Positions 19,747 to 30,165 are shown, numbered from the whole stretch's first letter. The stretch is DNA of 63,101 nucleotides, filler included, from Chthonomonadaceae bacterium (GCA_035650735.1; 6 parts of 6 records of this genome joined end to end with filler, not necessarily neighbours in it), one strand, 5' to 3'. Numbers and translations are program-made. The notes: a model not told the origin generated them from the letters alone.

Positions 19747-20496
19747 ATGCCTGAAATTCAATTGCCCACAAAGCGGGATGTTGCGAAGGTCGCGCTGCTG
19801 GCTTCGGCGGCGCTCGGTACTGTGGTCGCCTCACGCTATCTGGGAACCCGCAAGATAAGCGCGGCGGAGCGGCTGGCGGAGAGCCTGCTGGACGTGGGGC
19901 GCGTGCCCGAAATGGCCCGCGATATGCCCCAAGCCACCGAGACGGTGCTGGCCGCCTGCGCTGCCTATCTGATCGGCGCGGCCTATCGGGCCTCCGAGGG
20001 ACTGGGCGTGGCGAGCGGCGCGGAAGACCCGGTTGGCTTCAGCCGCACGCTCACCCATCCTTACACCCATGCGGCGGTCACCGTGCTGACGGAAGCCACC
20101 TCGCCAGAGCCTATCTTAACCTATGCCGTCCGCATCCCGGACGTGGGCGAGGTGCGCGGCACCCGGCGCATCGGGCCGCTGCGTCTGGCGGGGCTTTCCC
20201 TGGCGCGGCCCACGCCCGATACCGCCCAGATTACCCTTGCCAACGGCTACACGGCGCAGCTTGAATCCGAGTTTGAGGTGGCCGAATATCTCGTGGCCGG
20301 GCGCACCCGCTTGTTTGGCACGGCGACCCTGCGCGATAATCGTGACAATGTCGGGCGTGTCCATCTCGGCTACGATGGCGCTGTCTCCGGCACCATCACC
20401 CGCGAGGGCCGCGTCATTGGCCGCTTTGAAGGCCAGCTTCAAAACGGCGTGAACTTCAAGCAATACCAGATTCCACCAGGAGATAAAGGGGAGTAG
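19747..20496 (+). CDS. hypothetical protein
   Basis: 249-aa ORF with genome-like codon usage, hydrophobic N-terminal helix and beta-rich C-terminus. Confidence 0.7.
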   Translation: MPEIQLPTKRDVAKVALLASAALGTVVASRYLGTRKISAAERLAESLLDVGRVPEMARDMPQATETVLAACAAYLIGAAYRASEGLGVASGAEDPVGFSRTLTHPYTHAAVTVLTEATSPEPILTYAVRIPDVGEVRGTRRIGPLRLAGLSLARPTPDTAQITLANGYTAQLESEFEVAEYLVAGRTRLFGTATLRDNRDNVGRVHLGYDGAVSGTITREGRVIGRFEGQLQNGVNFKQYQIPPGDKGE

Positions 20497-20576
20497 GCCT
20501 CTGGCAGCCGACAGCAGGAAAGAGCCTTTTGCTTTTCCGATTGCCTGCTGCTGACAACCTGACTCCCCGCTCTGCT

Positions 20577-21623
20577 ATGTCTGAGGAGCGCATGACCTAC
20601 CGCGATGCGGGGGTAGATATTGATGCCGCCAACGAAGCCGTGCGGCGCATGGGCGATTATGTCCGCAGCACCTTCACGCCCGGCGTGCTGACCGACGTGG
20701 GCAGCTTCGGCGGCATGTTCTCGCTGGCCGGGCTGTCCGCCTACCAAAGCCCGGTGCTTGTCTCCAGCATAGACGGCGTGGGCACCAAGCTCAAGGTGGC
20801 CGTCCTAGTCGGCAAGCACGATACGATCGGGCGGGACCTGGTCAACCACTGCGTCAACGATATTCTCGTGCAGGGCGCGCGGCCCCTGTTCTTCCTGGAC
20901 TACTTCGCCACCGGCAAGCTCTCGCCATCGGTGGTCGTGGATGTCGTGAAGGGGCTGGCCGAAGCCTGCCGGGAGGCCGGCTGCGCGCTGATCGGGGGAG
21001 AGACGGCAGAGATGCCGGGCCTCTACGCCGAAGGTGATTATGACCTGGCCGGGTGCATCGTCGGCGTGGTAGATCAGCACCGGATCGTGGACGGTTCGCG
21101 CATTGAGCCGGGCGATACGGTGGTCGGATTGGCCTCCAGCGGCCTGCACACGAACGGCTACTCGCTGGCCCGCCGCGTCCTGCTGGAAGCGGGCGAGAAC
21201 TCCCTGTCGCCCTACGAGCACATCCCCGCGCTGGGCCGCACGCTCAGCGAAGAGCTGCTGATCCCGCATCGCTGCTACGCCCCGGCGGTCTTGCCCCTGC
21301 TGGACGAATTCGACATTCGCGGTATGGCCCATGTCACGGGCGGCGGCTTCTACGATAATATCCCCCGCATTCTGCCCGCCGATTGCAGCGTCACCATCGA
21401 GCGGCGCACCTGGCCGATCCCGCCCATCTTCACGCTCATTCAGGAGCGCGGCAACGTCCCAGAACCGGAGATGTACCGCACATTCAACATGGGCATCGGC
21501 TTTATTCTGATCGTCGCCCCGGAGCAGGCTCCGCTGCTGGCGCATCGCCTCAACGCCGTCGGCGAGTCGGCCTATATCATTGGCAGCGTCCATCGCGGCG
21601 TGCATGAAGTGGACATCGTTTAG
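20577..21623 (+). CDS. purM: phosphoribosylformylglycinamidine cyclo-ligase
   Basis: TYRDAGVDID, DGVGTK, GARPLFFLDY, GGETAEMPG, HTNGYSL, TFNMGIG. Confidence 0.98.
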   Translation: MSEERMTYRDAGVDIDAANEAVRRMGDYVRSTFTPGVLTDVGSFGGMFSLAGLSAYQSPVLVSSIDGVGTKLKVAVLVGKHDTIGRDLVNHCVNDILVQGARPLFFLDYFATGKLSPSVVVDVVKGLAEACREAGCALIGGETAEMPGLYAEGDYDLAGCIVGVVDQHRIVDGSRIEPGDTVVGLASSGLHTNGYSLARRVLLEAGENSLSPYEHIPALGRTLSEELLIPHRCYAPAVLPLLDEFDIRGMAHVTGGGFYDNIPRILPADCSVTIERRTWPIPPIFTLIQERGNVPEPEMYRTFNMGIGFILIVAPEQAPLLAHRLNAVGESAYIIGSVHRGVHEVDIV

Positions 21624-21631
21624 AAAGGACA

Positions 21632-21758
21632 AAGGCGGAAGGATGAAGGATAAAGACAAGCTCTTGTTCTTTTCATCCTTCTGCCTCAGGCTCACCGGTA
21701 TTGCCCTCCTCAGAGATTACAGGTTTTAATTCATCCTTCCGCCTTCATCCTTCCGCCT
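21632..21758. repeat. heptamer-based inverted repeat (AAGGCGG/AAGGATG ... TTCATCC/TTCCGCC)
   Basis: Related copies at 26417-26459 and 32836-32889. Confidence 0.75.
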
Positions 21759-22340
21759 TAATTTGGGACGTGGACGGCACGCTGATTGAGACGACCGGCC
21801 TGATCACCGAATCGCTAGATCATATCTACCGCAAGCACTTCGGGCGCACCCTGCCCTATGAGGAACTGCGCGCGCTCATCGGCACGCCGCTCAAGAAGCA
21901 GATACGGGTCTTCGGCGATCTGGAAACGTGGGGCGTGGATGAGCAGGCCATCACCGCCGACTTCATCGCCTACTATGAGGCGCACCGCTCCCGCGAACGT
22001 ATCCTGCAAGATGTCGTCGCCGTGCTGATCGAGGGCAAGCGGCGCGGCTTCCCGACGGCCCTGGTGACCTCTAAGAACCTCGAAGAACTCACCAACACGC
22101 TTCCCCGCCTGGGCATCGCCGACTTTGTGGACACCGCGATCAACGCTGATGATGTGGCCCGTCCCAAGCCCGATCCCGAAGGGCTACGCCTGGCCCTACG
22201 CCGCCTGAACATCCCGCCGGAGCACCTTTCCGCTGCCTGCTACATCGGCGATACCATACACGATATGCGCGCCGCCCGCGCCGCCGGCATACGCGCCATC
22301 GGCGTCACCTGGGGCGCGGCCCCGCGCGCCCTCCTGGCCG
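21701..22340 (+). CDS. HAD-superfamily hydrolase (PpaX/Gph-like), truncated at contig end; start uncertain
   Basis: WDVDGTL motif I, LVTSK, KPDP, YIGDTIHD. Confidence 0.9.
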
Positions 22341-22440
22341 NNNNNNNNNNNNNNNNNNNNNNNNNNNNNNNNNNNNNNNNNNNNTTAATTAATTAANNNN
22401 NNNNNNNNNNNNNNNNNNNNNNNNNNNNNNNNNNNNNNNN
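22341..22440. other. artificial contig linker
   Basis: N-run + TTAATTAATTAA + N-run, 100 nt. Confidence 0.98.
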
Positions 22441-24182
22441 TTGCTGGCAGGCAAGGTATAGCTGAAGCTGGTGCCGCTGTAGCGCTCGCTTAAGTACAGT
22501 GTGGGGTCGCTGGTGTTGGCGATAGTGCGCGTGCCCACCGAGTAGGTGCTCCCGCCGCTGTAGTAGCTGTCCCCGGACCAGATGCCGCTATTGAAGCTGA
22601 TATATTGGCCGCCGCCGCTGTTGACGCGCACGACGTTGACCGGAGTGGCCCGGACCTGAGCAGAGTTAGCGCTCTCCCCGATAGAGTTAACCGCAGAGAC
22701 CACGTAGTAGTAAGTCGTACCGTTCGTAAGGCCCGTATTCAGGTAGCTGGGGGAGGCGACGTTGCTGGCGATGGTGGTATAAGGCCCGCCGCTGGTGGTG
22801 GCGCGCTTGACGTTGTAGCCGGTGGCGCCGGTGCTGGGGTTCCAGGCCAGATAGACCTGGCCGCTGCCTGTGGCGGCAGCCAGATTAGCCGGCACGTTAG
22901 GAGCCGTCGTGGCCGGCGTGGCCGCCAGCAGCGCCCGATAGACGTTGATCCGACCCCGGCCCGTCGCCAGTGTATGCGTTCCATTCGGCACGTAGGGGTC
23001 CACGTTGCCAATGATCAGGTTATAGACCTGGCTGTTGGTCAGGTTGGGGTTCTGCGCCAGCAGCAGCGCCGCCTCTCCGGCCACATGCGGGGTCGCCATC
23101 GAGGTGCCCGAGGCAGAGGCGTAGTTGAGCGGCCAGCCGGTGGAGTAGGTCGGGGTCGTCGAGACAATGTTGACGCCGGGTGCGGCCACCGAGACCCAGG
23201 AGCCGTAGTTGGAGAAGGAGGCCAGCGTATCGGTATTATCGGTAGCCGCCACAGAGATCACGTTGGGATAGGCCCCCGGGTACGAGAACGCCGAGCTGCC
23301 GCTGTTGCCCGCCGCCGCAGCGATGACGCAGCCTTTGCTCCAGGCGTATTGCACGGCGTTAGCCATCGTATCGGAACTGGTGTCCGAGCCCAGGCTCATG
23401 CTGATGACTTTGGCGCCGTGATCGGCGGCCCAGATGATGCCGTTGGCGACGGAGATATCGGTGCCCGAGCCGGTGTTGTCCATGACCTTGACCGGCATGA
23501 GCTTGATATGATCGGCATCGGAAGAATTGGCCTGCCCGTTCCACCCGGCGATACCGGCCACGCCCACCCCGTTGTTAATCTGGGCGGCGGCAATGCCGGC
23601 GCAGTGGGTGCCGTGGCCATTATCATCCAGGGCGTTGCTGCGCAACTCGGTAAACCCATTGTAGCCGACGATGCCGTTGACATCGCGGTAGATCTTGTTG
23701 GTCAGGTCGGGATGGGTGTTGTCAATACCGGTATCCACGATAGCGATGACCACTGTGGTCTGCGGGTTCCAGAGGCCCCAGGCCAGGTTAGCCTGCACCT
23801 TCTGCGGGCCGTACTGCTGGCCGTAATAGTAGTCGTTGGGCGTAGCGAAGATATGGAGGATATGGTTAGGCTCGGCGTAGAGAACTTCGGGGCGCTGCCG
23901 GAGTTGGGCGAGCGCCGTGTCGATGGAGAGGCCGGGACGCAAGCGCAGGCGATAGGCGTGGATCGCATGCAGGTGGCTGGTGCTGGCGCCGAAATCGGAG
24001 AGCCGCTGCGCGATACCCAGGCTATCGCTTTCGGGGCGCAGGCCCACCACAACTTCGCCGGGCACGACCTCTTCCTGCGTGACGGCGAAAACTCGCTGCG
24101 GCAAGCCCAGCCAGAGGCCGAGCAGCGCAACAAGCAAGCAGGTAAATGCCCTCAACGGGCGCGTTGAGTTGGTATCGTTCAT
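22441..24182 (-). CDS. secreted S8 (thermitase-like) serine protease with fibronectin-III and malectin-like C-terminal domains, truncated at contig end
   Basis: Signal peptide and prodomain (YAEPN); triad VDTG / HGTH / GTSMATPH; Fn3 (ATGYNVKR..TYYYVVSAVN); VRVNSGG..DPTLYLSERY. Confidence 0.93.
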
Positions 24183-24364
24183 CTCAGCGTCTTTCCTTAG
24201 CTCAAATGCCTTTCCTTAGAATTGGGGAACCTGATTCCCTCAGAGTATCGTTACATGACGACTTGTACTGCAATTGTAGCAATACAGGCTGTAAACAGAT
24301 TCCCCGGAGTATCATGGCGTCCCACGCGCGCCGCACAATCCAGCTTCGGATCGGCAGCCGGCGC

Positions 24365-26386
24365 TTAACGGAGACGGCCTCCGTGCCGCAGCGTGGGAGA
24401 ACCGCCGAGTGGGCGGATTTTGACCGGCCCGACGGGCCAGATTTGCGCCGCCGGCGCCAGCGAGATCACGGTCGCCGAGTAGGGCGGAAAGGTCGCCATG
24501 AACGACGGACCGGCGTTCAGAAGGGCCGTCTGCTGGATGTCGGGCGAGCCGACGCCGGTGCGCGCGGCCTCATCCTGCGGGATGCCGTAGGCATAGACGT
24601 GCGCCTTGGCCCGCGGCACGAAGCCGTGCAGAACGATCTCAGCATTAAGCGCAACCTGCGGGCTTTTATTGAGGACCAGCAGGGACAGCATGCCGTTGAT
24701 GCGCCGCACGGCATAGATCGAAAGCAATAGATAATCGCTGGAGGCCGCAACAACCTGGTCCCCGCCGCGCGCAAAATGCGCCAGGAGCTTCTGGAGGTAG
24801 TAGGTCGGATAGGGCTCGTTGGTGGGCGAGACGATGCCGTAGTCGCCGTACTGCCGCCAGCCATACAGGGACGGGGCGTTATTGTGATCGGCCTCCTGAG
24901 CGTTGTGCAGGTTCCACCAGATCAGCGCGTTGAACTCCGACTCTAGAATGCTGCCTATACTATCGGCTAGAAACAGCCCGTTAACCAGGCTGGTAGTCTG
25001 CTTGCCGGGATTATAGGAGACGGAGTTGTTCTCAGTGCAGAGCAGCTCCACGCGCGCCCCCGCCGCGCCCAGGTAGTCGGTTAGTTGGCGGCGCAGGTCG
25101 GCGGAGTCGGCCTTCCAGGAGCGCGCGGACTGGAGCAGCGCCGCATCGCTCTCCTCGCCGGGATTCTGCTCATAGCGGTGATGGATCACGAAGTCCGGCG
25201 TCACGCCCAGCGCCTTGAGCGTGGCAAGCAGCACGGGCGTCCAGCCGTTGTGTGTCTGCCCTGTGCGCGGATTGGTCGCCGGATGATCGGTATAATTTAC
25301 ATAAGAATCCTCGCCCGGCACGACGACCACGCCGACCTTGATGTTCGGGTCCGCTGCCTTCATGCGCGTGATGTAGTCTCCGGCGAGCGTGGCATAGGTA
25401 TAGGGGTCGTGCGGGTGCGCATGGTTATCTTCTTCCCAGGAGCCGTAGACCTCGTTGCCGATCTCCCAGTACCGGAAGCCGTAGCCCTGGGTCACGTTGG
25501 CATAAGCGACCCAATCGGCGGCCTCCTGGGGCGTTCCGCTGCCGTAGTTGGCCGTGATAAAGACCTGCGCGCCGACGGCTCTGGCGACACGGGCGAAGGC
25601 GTCAAATCCGGTGGCCCACTGCCAGGTGTTGCTATCGGTGGTGTTGGTCCGCCAGTGGTAGCCGTCGGAGAGCGAGCCGCCGGGGAAGCGCAGCGCCTGA
25701 ATCTGTGCGGCCTTGAGCAGCGCAATCGTTTCGGGCGTATTAAAGACCGCATCCCAGACGGCCGTGTTGACGCCGAACAGACGCGCGTCCACGCTGCGCC
25801 GGATACGCCCGGCGTCCACGCCCAGATGCACGATGGCAGGGGGCGCGCTTCCGGTAAAGACGACGTCATCCACGTAAAAGGCCGGCTGCGCGCTCCCGGT
25901 GTTCTCCTGCAGCCAGAAGCCCGTGACGTTGGACTTGTTGGCAATATGCAGCGCGTCGAGCGGGATCGTTACCTTCCGCCACTCACCGGCGCCCACGGCA
26001 CCGCCCTCGACGTAGTTGTTGAGCGGCACGCCCGGCTGCTGTGCATCGTCAATCAGCCCGGCCACAAGGATATTGCGCCCGCTCACCGTGCCGCCGTGAA
26101 TCCAGAAGGTCAGCGCGCTGTAGAGCGAGGTATCGAACGGCGCGTGGTGCAGGTAGAAGCCCTGCCAGCCGCCCGTATAGGTGATTTTGGCGCTGTGGGT
26201 GCCGACCAGGGCGTAATCGGTAGAGGCGAAATCCACAGTACACCAGGACCAGTTCTGCCAGCCGTTGATGAGCGCCTCATCGTAGACCGGTTGACCGCCC
26301 TGCGCGCGGGCAGCGAGGGCAAAGCCCGTCAGCAGCAGGCAGGATAGAGCGATATGAATTAGCAGGAGGAGCGCGTGTCGCCGCAT
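24365..26386 (-). CDS. secreted clan GH-A glycoside hydrolase (alpha-L-arabinofuranosidase-like) with N-terminal carbohydrate-binding module
   Basis: GGAGG RBS; signal peptide; LRFPGGSLSDGYHW, YWEIGNEVYG, LCTENN. Confidence 0.8.
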   Translation of the reverse strand: MRRHALLLLIHIALSCLLLTGFALAARAQGGQPVYDEALINGWQNWSWCTVDFASTDYALVGTHSAKITYTGGWQGFYLHHAPFDTSLYSALTFWIHGGTVSGRNILVAGLIDDAQQPGVPLNNYVEGGAVGAGEWRKVTIPLDALHIANKSNVTGFWLQENTGSAQPAFYVDDVVFTGSAPPAIVHLGVDAGRIRRSVDARLFGVNTAVWDAVFNTPETIALLKAAQIQALRFPGGSLSDGYHWRTNTTDSNTWQWATGFDAFARVARAVGAQVFITANYGSGTPQEAADWVAYANVTQGYGFRYWEIGNEVYGSWEEDNHAHPHDPYTYATLAGDYITRMKAADPNIKVGVVVVPGEDSYVNYTDHPATNPRTGQTHNGWTPVLLATLKALGVTPDFVIHHRYEQNPGEESDAALLQSARSWKADSADLRRQLTDYLGAAGARVELLCTENNSVSYNPGKQTTSLVNGLFLADSIGSILESEFNALIWWNLHNAQEADHNNAPSLYGWRQYGDYGIVSPTNEPYPTYYLQKLLAHFARGGDQVVAASSDYLLLSIYAVRRINGMLSLLVLNKSPQVALNAEIVLHGFVPRAKAHVYAYGIPQDEAARTGVGSPDIQQTALLNAGPSFMATFPPYSATVISLAPAAQIWPVGPVKIRPLGGSPTLRHGGRLR

Positions 26387-27060
26387 GGCCGTGCCTCCAT
26401 ACGCAACCCAAAGGAGGAAGGCAGAAGGATGAAGAAAAGCCCTGGCTCTTTTCATCCTTGCCCCTTCCTGAGCCTATGGTTTGAAAGATTTAAGAACTGC
26501 TGTAAAACTGCAATAACGCCCGCGCGTTACAGCCTGCAGGTGGTCAGAGCTCGATGCCGCCAGGGTCGGATAGGGATGCAGATGTGGTCGGCCAGCGTAG
26601 GAACGCCGTCGTGCCTTTGAGCGTGGAGTAGGGGATTGGCAAACGGTTCCGGTATTACCTGATGGAAGCAGCGGCGCCTGTGCATCGAGGAGGCATCAGG
26701 GCGACCCCTCTTCGCGGACAGACAGCGGCGGACGACGCTATCTGCCAACGCGGGAACGAAGACACAGGACCGTGCGGATGGATGCGCATGACGGAAACAG
26801 CACGGCTTCCGCTGCAACCCAACAAACCCAACAAACCAAACAAATTATACCCTATTGGGGGCGCTTTGGCTAGGCCCCTGTGACCTTTCTCTCAAGGGCG
26901 GCGCAGGAAGAATAGCCCCGACGGATAATAGAAGTTTATGCCTCTTTTGTACGGTAGACTATCTCCTGGCCCCGGCTTGCTTTCACAAGGCGGCGATTTG
27001 CCGAGCAGCTGGCCCACTGGGGCCATTATTACGCTTGGAGAGAGCAGAAGAAAGGGTTCC

Positions 27061-27774
27061 ATGCGTCTTTCGATTATCTTGCCCGTTTTGAATGAGGAGC
27101 GATGCCTCCTCGCTACGCTGGAGAACGTGGCGGTTTGCGCGCCGGAAGCCGAGGTGGTCGTCGTGGATGGGGGCAGCACGGACGCAACGCCCGACCTTGT
27201 GACGGCCTTCCTCGCGCGGCGCGCAGCGCAAACCGGAGATGGTTCCTGGCGCCTGCTGCGCTCGGAGCGGGGGCGCGGGCGGCAGATGAACCTGGGGGCA
27301 GCGGCGGCGAACGGCGATACCCTGCTTTTCCTCCACGCCGATACGCACCTGCCCCCGGAGGCGCCGCGTCTGATAGAGACGGCCCTGCGCGATTCGCGCG
27401 TTCTCGGCGGTAATTTTCGTATTCGCTTCGTTCCTCCCTCCCCCATCGCCAACCTCTACACGGCCATCTACAACGCCCGCTCCCGCGTCCGCATCTTCTA
27501 CGGCGACTCGGCGCTCTGGGTGCGGCGCTCTACCTTCGAGGCGCTTGGCGGCTACCCGCTGGAGCGTGTGATGGAGGACTTTGCGCTGGTGCTGCGGCTG
27601 CGCAAAGCGGGCAAGCTGGCCTATCTCCCGGCAACTGTGGAGAGCAGCGCGCGGCGGTTCCAGGGAGCGCGGCGCAATACGCGCACTCTGCTGCAATGGG
27701 GCTGGCTGCATCTGCTGCTGCTCTTCGGGGCGGGCGATGAGACGCTGGAACGCTTCTACCCGCCCGTGCGCTAG
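27061..27774 (+). CDS. GT2 glycosyltransferase (TIGR04283-like)
   Basis: LSIILPVLNEE, VVDGGSTDAT, GRGRQMNLGA, LFLHADT, YGD, MEDFAL, SSARRF. Confidence 0.9.
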   Translation: MRLSIILPVLNEERCLLATLENVAVCAPEAEVVVVDGGSTDATPDLVTAFLARRAAQTGDGSWRLLRSERGRGRQMNLGAAAANGDTLLFLHADTHLPPEAPRLIETALRDSRVLGGNFRIRFVPPSPIANLYTAIYNARSRVRIFYGDSALWVRRSTFEALGGYPLERVMEDFALVLRLRKAGKLAYLPATVESSARRFQGARRNTRTLLQWGWLHLLLLFGAGDETLERFYPPVR

Positions 27775-27789
27775 AACAACTTTTCTTTG

Positions 27790-27901
27790 CAGGATTGACA
27801 GGATTAAAACCAAAGACAGAAGCCTTGTAGTCCAAAGGCATAGGGACTTGGTTGGGTAGGTTTTAGAAATCCTGTTTAATCCTGTCTAATCCTGTTCATC
27901 C
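27790..27901. repeat. inverted repeat of CAGGATT / AATCCTG units
   Basis: CAGGATTGACAGGATT ... AATCCTGTTTAATCCTGTCTAATCCTGTTCATCC; same family at 39620-39713. Confidence 0.7.
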
Positions 27902-29111
27902 GGTAGCACCGCATTAAGCGGTGAAAAGTCAGGCAAGGAGGTATGTGGGTTCGGCTTTCCGTAAGTTTGATTGCCACATCAGACTATGGGGAAGCGCTCA
28001 TGAACCCACAACCTTCCTTCTGTCCTAATCTGGCCTGTCCATCAAGAGGCGTGATCGGCGCAGGGAACCTGCGGGTCCACGATAGCCTCCGAAACCGCTG
28101 GCGCTGCACCGTCTGCCACAAGACGTTTTCGGGTCGGAAGGGAACGCCCTTCTATGGCCTCAAGACCGATCCCCAGAGGGTCGTGTGGGGGGTGGCCCTG
28201 CGGGCTTATGGCTGTCCGCCCAAAGCCATTGTCGCCGCCTTCGGCCTGGATGAACGCACCGTGGCCGACGGGCAGAAGCGAGCAGGCTAACATTGGGAAA
28301 CGGTGCATACCACGCTGGTACAAACGCCTCAAGACTTGAGGCAGGTGCAGGCCGACGAGATCCGCGTTCGCTGTCAGAAACGCCGGGTCGTCTGGTTGGC
28401 GATGGCGCTTGGTGTCCCGACCCGCCTCTGGTTAGGCGGGGTGGTGTCGGCCCAACGCGACAAAAGGTTGGGGCGCGCCCTGGCAAAGAAGGTCCAAGCC
28501 TGTGCCCGTCTTGCCGCCGTCCTCGTGGTGACCGATGGCTGGACGGCTTACAAAGACGCCCTGGTCAACGCCTTCCGTCAGAGCGTGCCCACGGGCAAGC
28601 GCGGGCGACCGCCCTTGATGGCCTGGCCCGATTTGGTGCTGGCCCAAGTCGTCCAATGGCAAGCAGCCGGACGCACGCTCGGCTTTCGGGTCTGTCATCT
28701 GGCGGGCAATGTGTCCAAGAGTGCTGGCCTGCTTCCAGAGGATCAGGTGCTTTCCACGGCTTACATCGAGCGTCTCAATGCCCCCTTCCGGCAGCGGTTG
28801 GCGGGCCTGTGTCGGCGCACGCGCGCGCTGCTGCGTTCCCAGGAGAGCGTGCAGACGGGCCTGTATCTGGTGGGAACCGTCTACAACTTTTGTACGCCCC
28901 ACCAGAGTTTGCTGCAAAACAAGCAGGCGCGCCCCCCGCGATGGCGGCCGGCTTGACCGGGCATGTCTGGAGCGTGGGCCAACTGCTGGGTTACCAGATC
29001 GCGCCCCCGCCGTTCGTGGCTCCGAAGCGGCGGGGGCGTCCGCCGGGAAAGAAGGCACGACCACCACACAAGGGAGCCGACGTACTTGTCACCGCTTAAT
29101 GTGGTGCTACC
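27902..29111 (+). mobile_element. IS1-like insertion sequence with pseudogenised transposase
   Basis: 23-bp terminal IRs GGTAGCACC(G/A)CATTAAGCGGTGA; zinc-ribbon N-terminus from 28000 (FCPNLAC..CTVCHKTFS), QADE, TDGW..Y, TAYIERLNAPFRQRL; in-frame TAA at 28288-28290 and a frameshift near 28930. Confidence 0.85.
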
Positions 29112-29144
29112 ATCTGTGTAATCTGTGGATTTTATTAGAAAGGG

Positions 29145-29285
29145 ATTCACTACCGTACACTTTTTCTGTCGGGGCAAAGTCTCCGTATGCTCAACAGAAC
29201 TGGAATAGGTAATCCTTCGTTGAGGCAATGCTCAATCCAGAGCAGCCCGATCTGAAAGAGGCTCAAATCGCACCGATCTCTGCGG
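29145..29285. repeat. 141-bp sequence whose exact reverse complement opens the next contig (29386-29526)
   Basis: ATTCACTACCGTACAC...GATCTCTGCGG versus CCGCAGAGATC...GTAGTGAAT. Confidence 0.95.
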
Positions 29286-29385
29286 NNNNNNNNNNNNNNN
29301 NNNNNNNNNNNNNNNNNNNNNNNNNNNNNTTAATTAATTAANNNNNNNNNNNNNNNNNNNNNNNNNNNNNNNNNNNNNNNNNNNN
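29286..29385. other. artificial contig linker
   Basis: N-run + TTAATTAATTAA + N-run. Confidence 0.98.
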
Positions 29386-29526
29386 CCGCAGAGATCGGTG
29401 CGATTTGAGCCTCTTTCAGATCGGGCTGCTCTGGATTGAGCATTGCCTCAACGAAGGATTACCTATTCCAGTTCTGTTGAGCATACGGAGACTTTGCCCC
29501 GACAGAAAAAGTGTACGGTAGTGAAT

Positions 29527-29661
29527 AGGGCAGTTTGGAGTAGGAGGTGTTTCGGAGCCGTAGACAACCTTATTAATCCTCTGAGCAACGATCTGTTGCT
29601 CGATGGGAGCTTGATTGTTTAACGTCGTCGGCTGTGAAGTTGCCTGCTTAGAAGGGTCCAT
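29527..29661 (-). pseudogene. N-terminal fragment of an interrupted gene (possible STAND/NLR ATPase with N-terminal amyloid-like motif)
   Basis: MDPSKQATSQPTTLNNQAPIEQQIVAQRINKVVYGSETPPTPNCP runs directly into the 141-bp repeat. Confidence 0.45.
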
Positions 29662-29724
29662 CTACATCACCTGGCATACCATCCCTCTTATGTGGAATTT
29701 ACTATACAAGCAAAACAAGCTTGC

Positions 29725-30165
29725 TTAAGCCTTCGGGTTGTAGGTAATCGGGGCGGTAATTGTTTCGGCTATAATCTGCTGTCCAATCTCGCCTAGATTT
29801 TGGATGTTGAAAACGGTTCCTGCGCCTGCCTGGTCGGCTTCCTTGAGGAGTTGGGCAAGCTGGCTGGCAAAGGCAGGCTCCGCTTCCAGCCTCTTCTTGA
29901 GTTGTGCGCGAACACTGGCTTGTGTATCTGCATCCTCCGGTTTCTCGGTTAAGTCTTCCATTGCCTCCTTGCCCGCAGGAGAACCGTGCAACTTGTCTTT
30001 GACTAGCTCAAAGACGTGTCCGGCTTTTGCCAGAGCGCCCTCGGTAGCGGACTGGCCGACTTCTTTGCCTGCCTTCTTGGCAGCGCCGGAAGCCATCTCC
30101 TTGAGATAGGGAGCGAGCAGCTTGACAGTAGCCACAGCCAGTGCGGTAATGGTAGCCGGTTCCAT
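29725..30165 (-). CDS. small helical protein (Bell-domain-like) with C-terminal N/Q/I-rich low-complexity tail
   Basis: MEPATITALAVATVKLLAPYL..AAKKAGKEVG..VKDKL..EAMEDL..PED..LKKRLEAEPAFASQL + FNIQNLGEIGQQIIAETIT. Confidence 0.75.
   Translation of the reverse strand: MEPATITALAVATVKLLAPYLKEMASGAAKKAGKEVGQSATEGALAKAGHVFELVKDKLHGSPAGKEAMEDLTEKPEDADTQASVRAQLKKRLEAEPAFASQLAQLLKEADQAGAGTVFNIQNLGEIGQQIIAETITAPITYNPKA

Noticed and set aside
22341..22440. TTAATTAATTAA motif within N-runs (five occurrences)
   Set aside because: Artificial six-frame-stop linker used to join contigs; not biological
26460..26900. Small ORFs and CAACAAACC short tandem repeat between the hydrolase and GT2 genes
   Set aside because: No RBS or motif support; three degenerate units are too little to interpret
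28288..28290. Programmed stop read-through in the IS1-like transposase
   Set aside because: A further frameshift downstream indicates ordinary decay
29145..29526. Large hairpin or linear-replicon terminal inverted repeat
   Set aside because: The arms lie on different contigs across a linker and have a k-mer-like length; best explained as a shared repeat node
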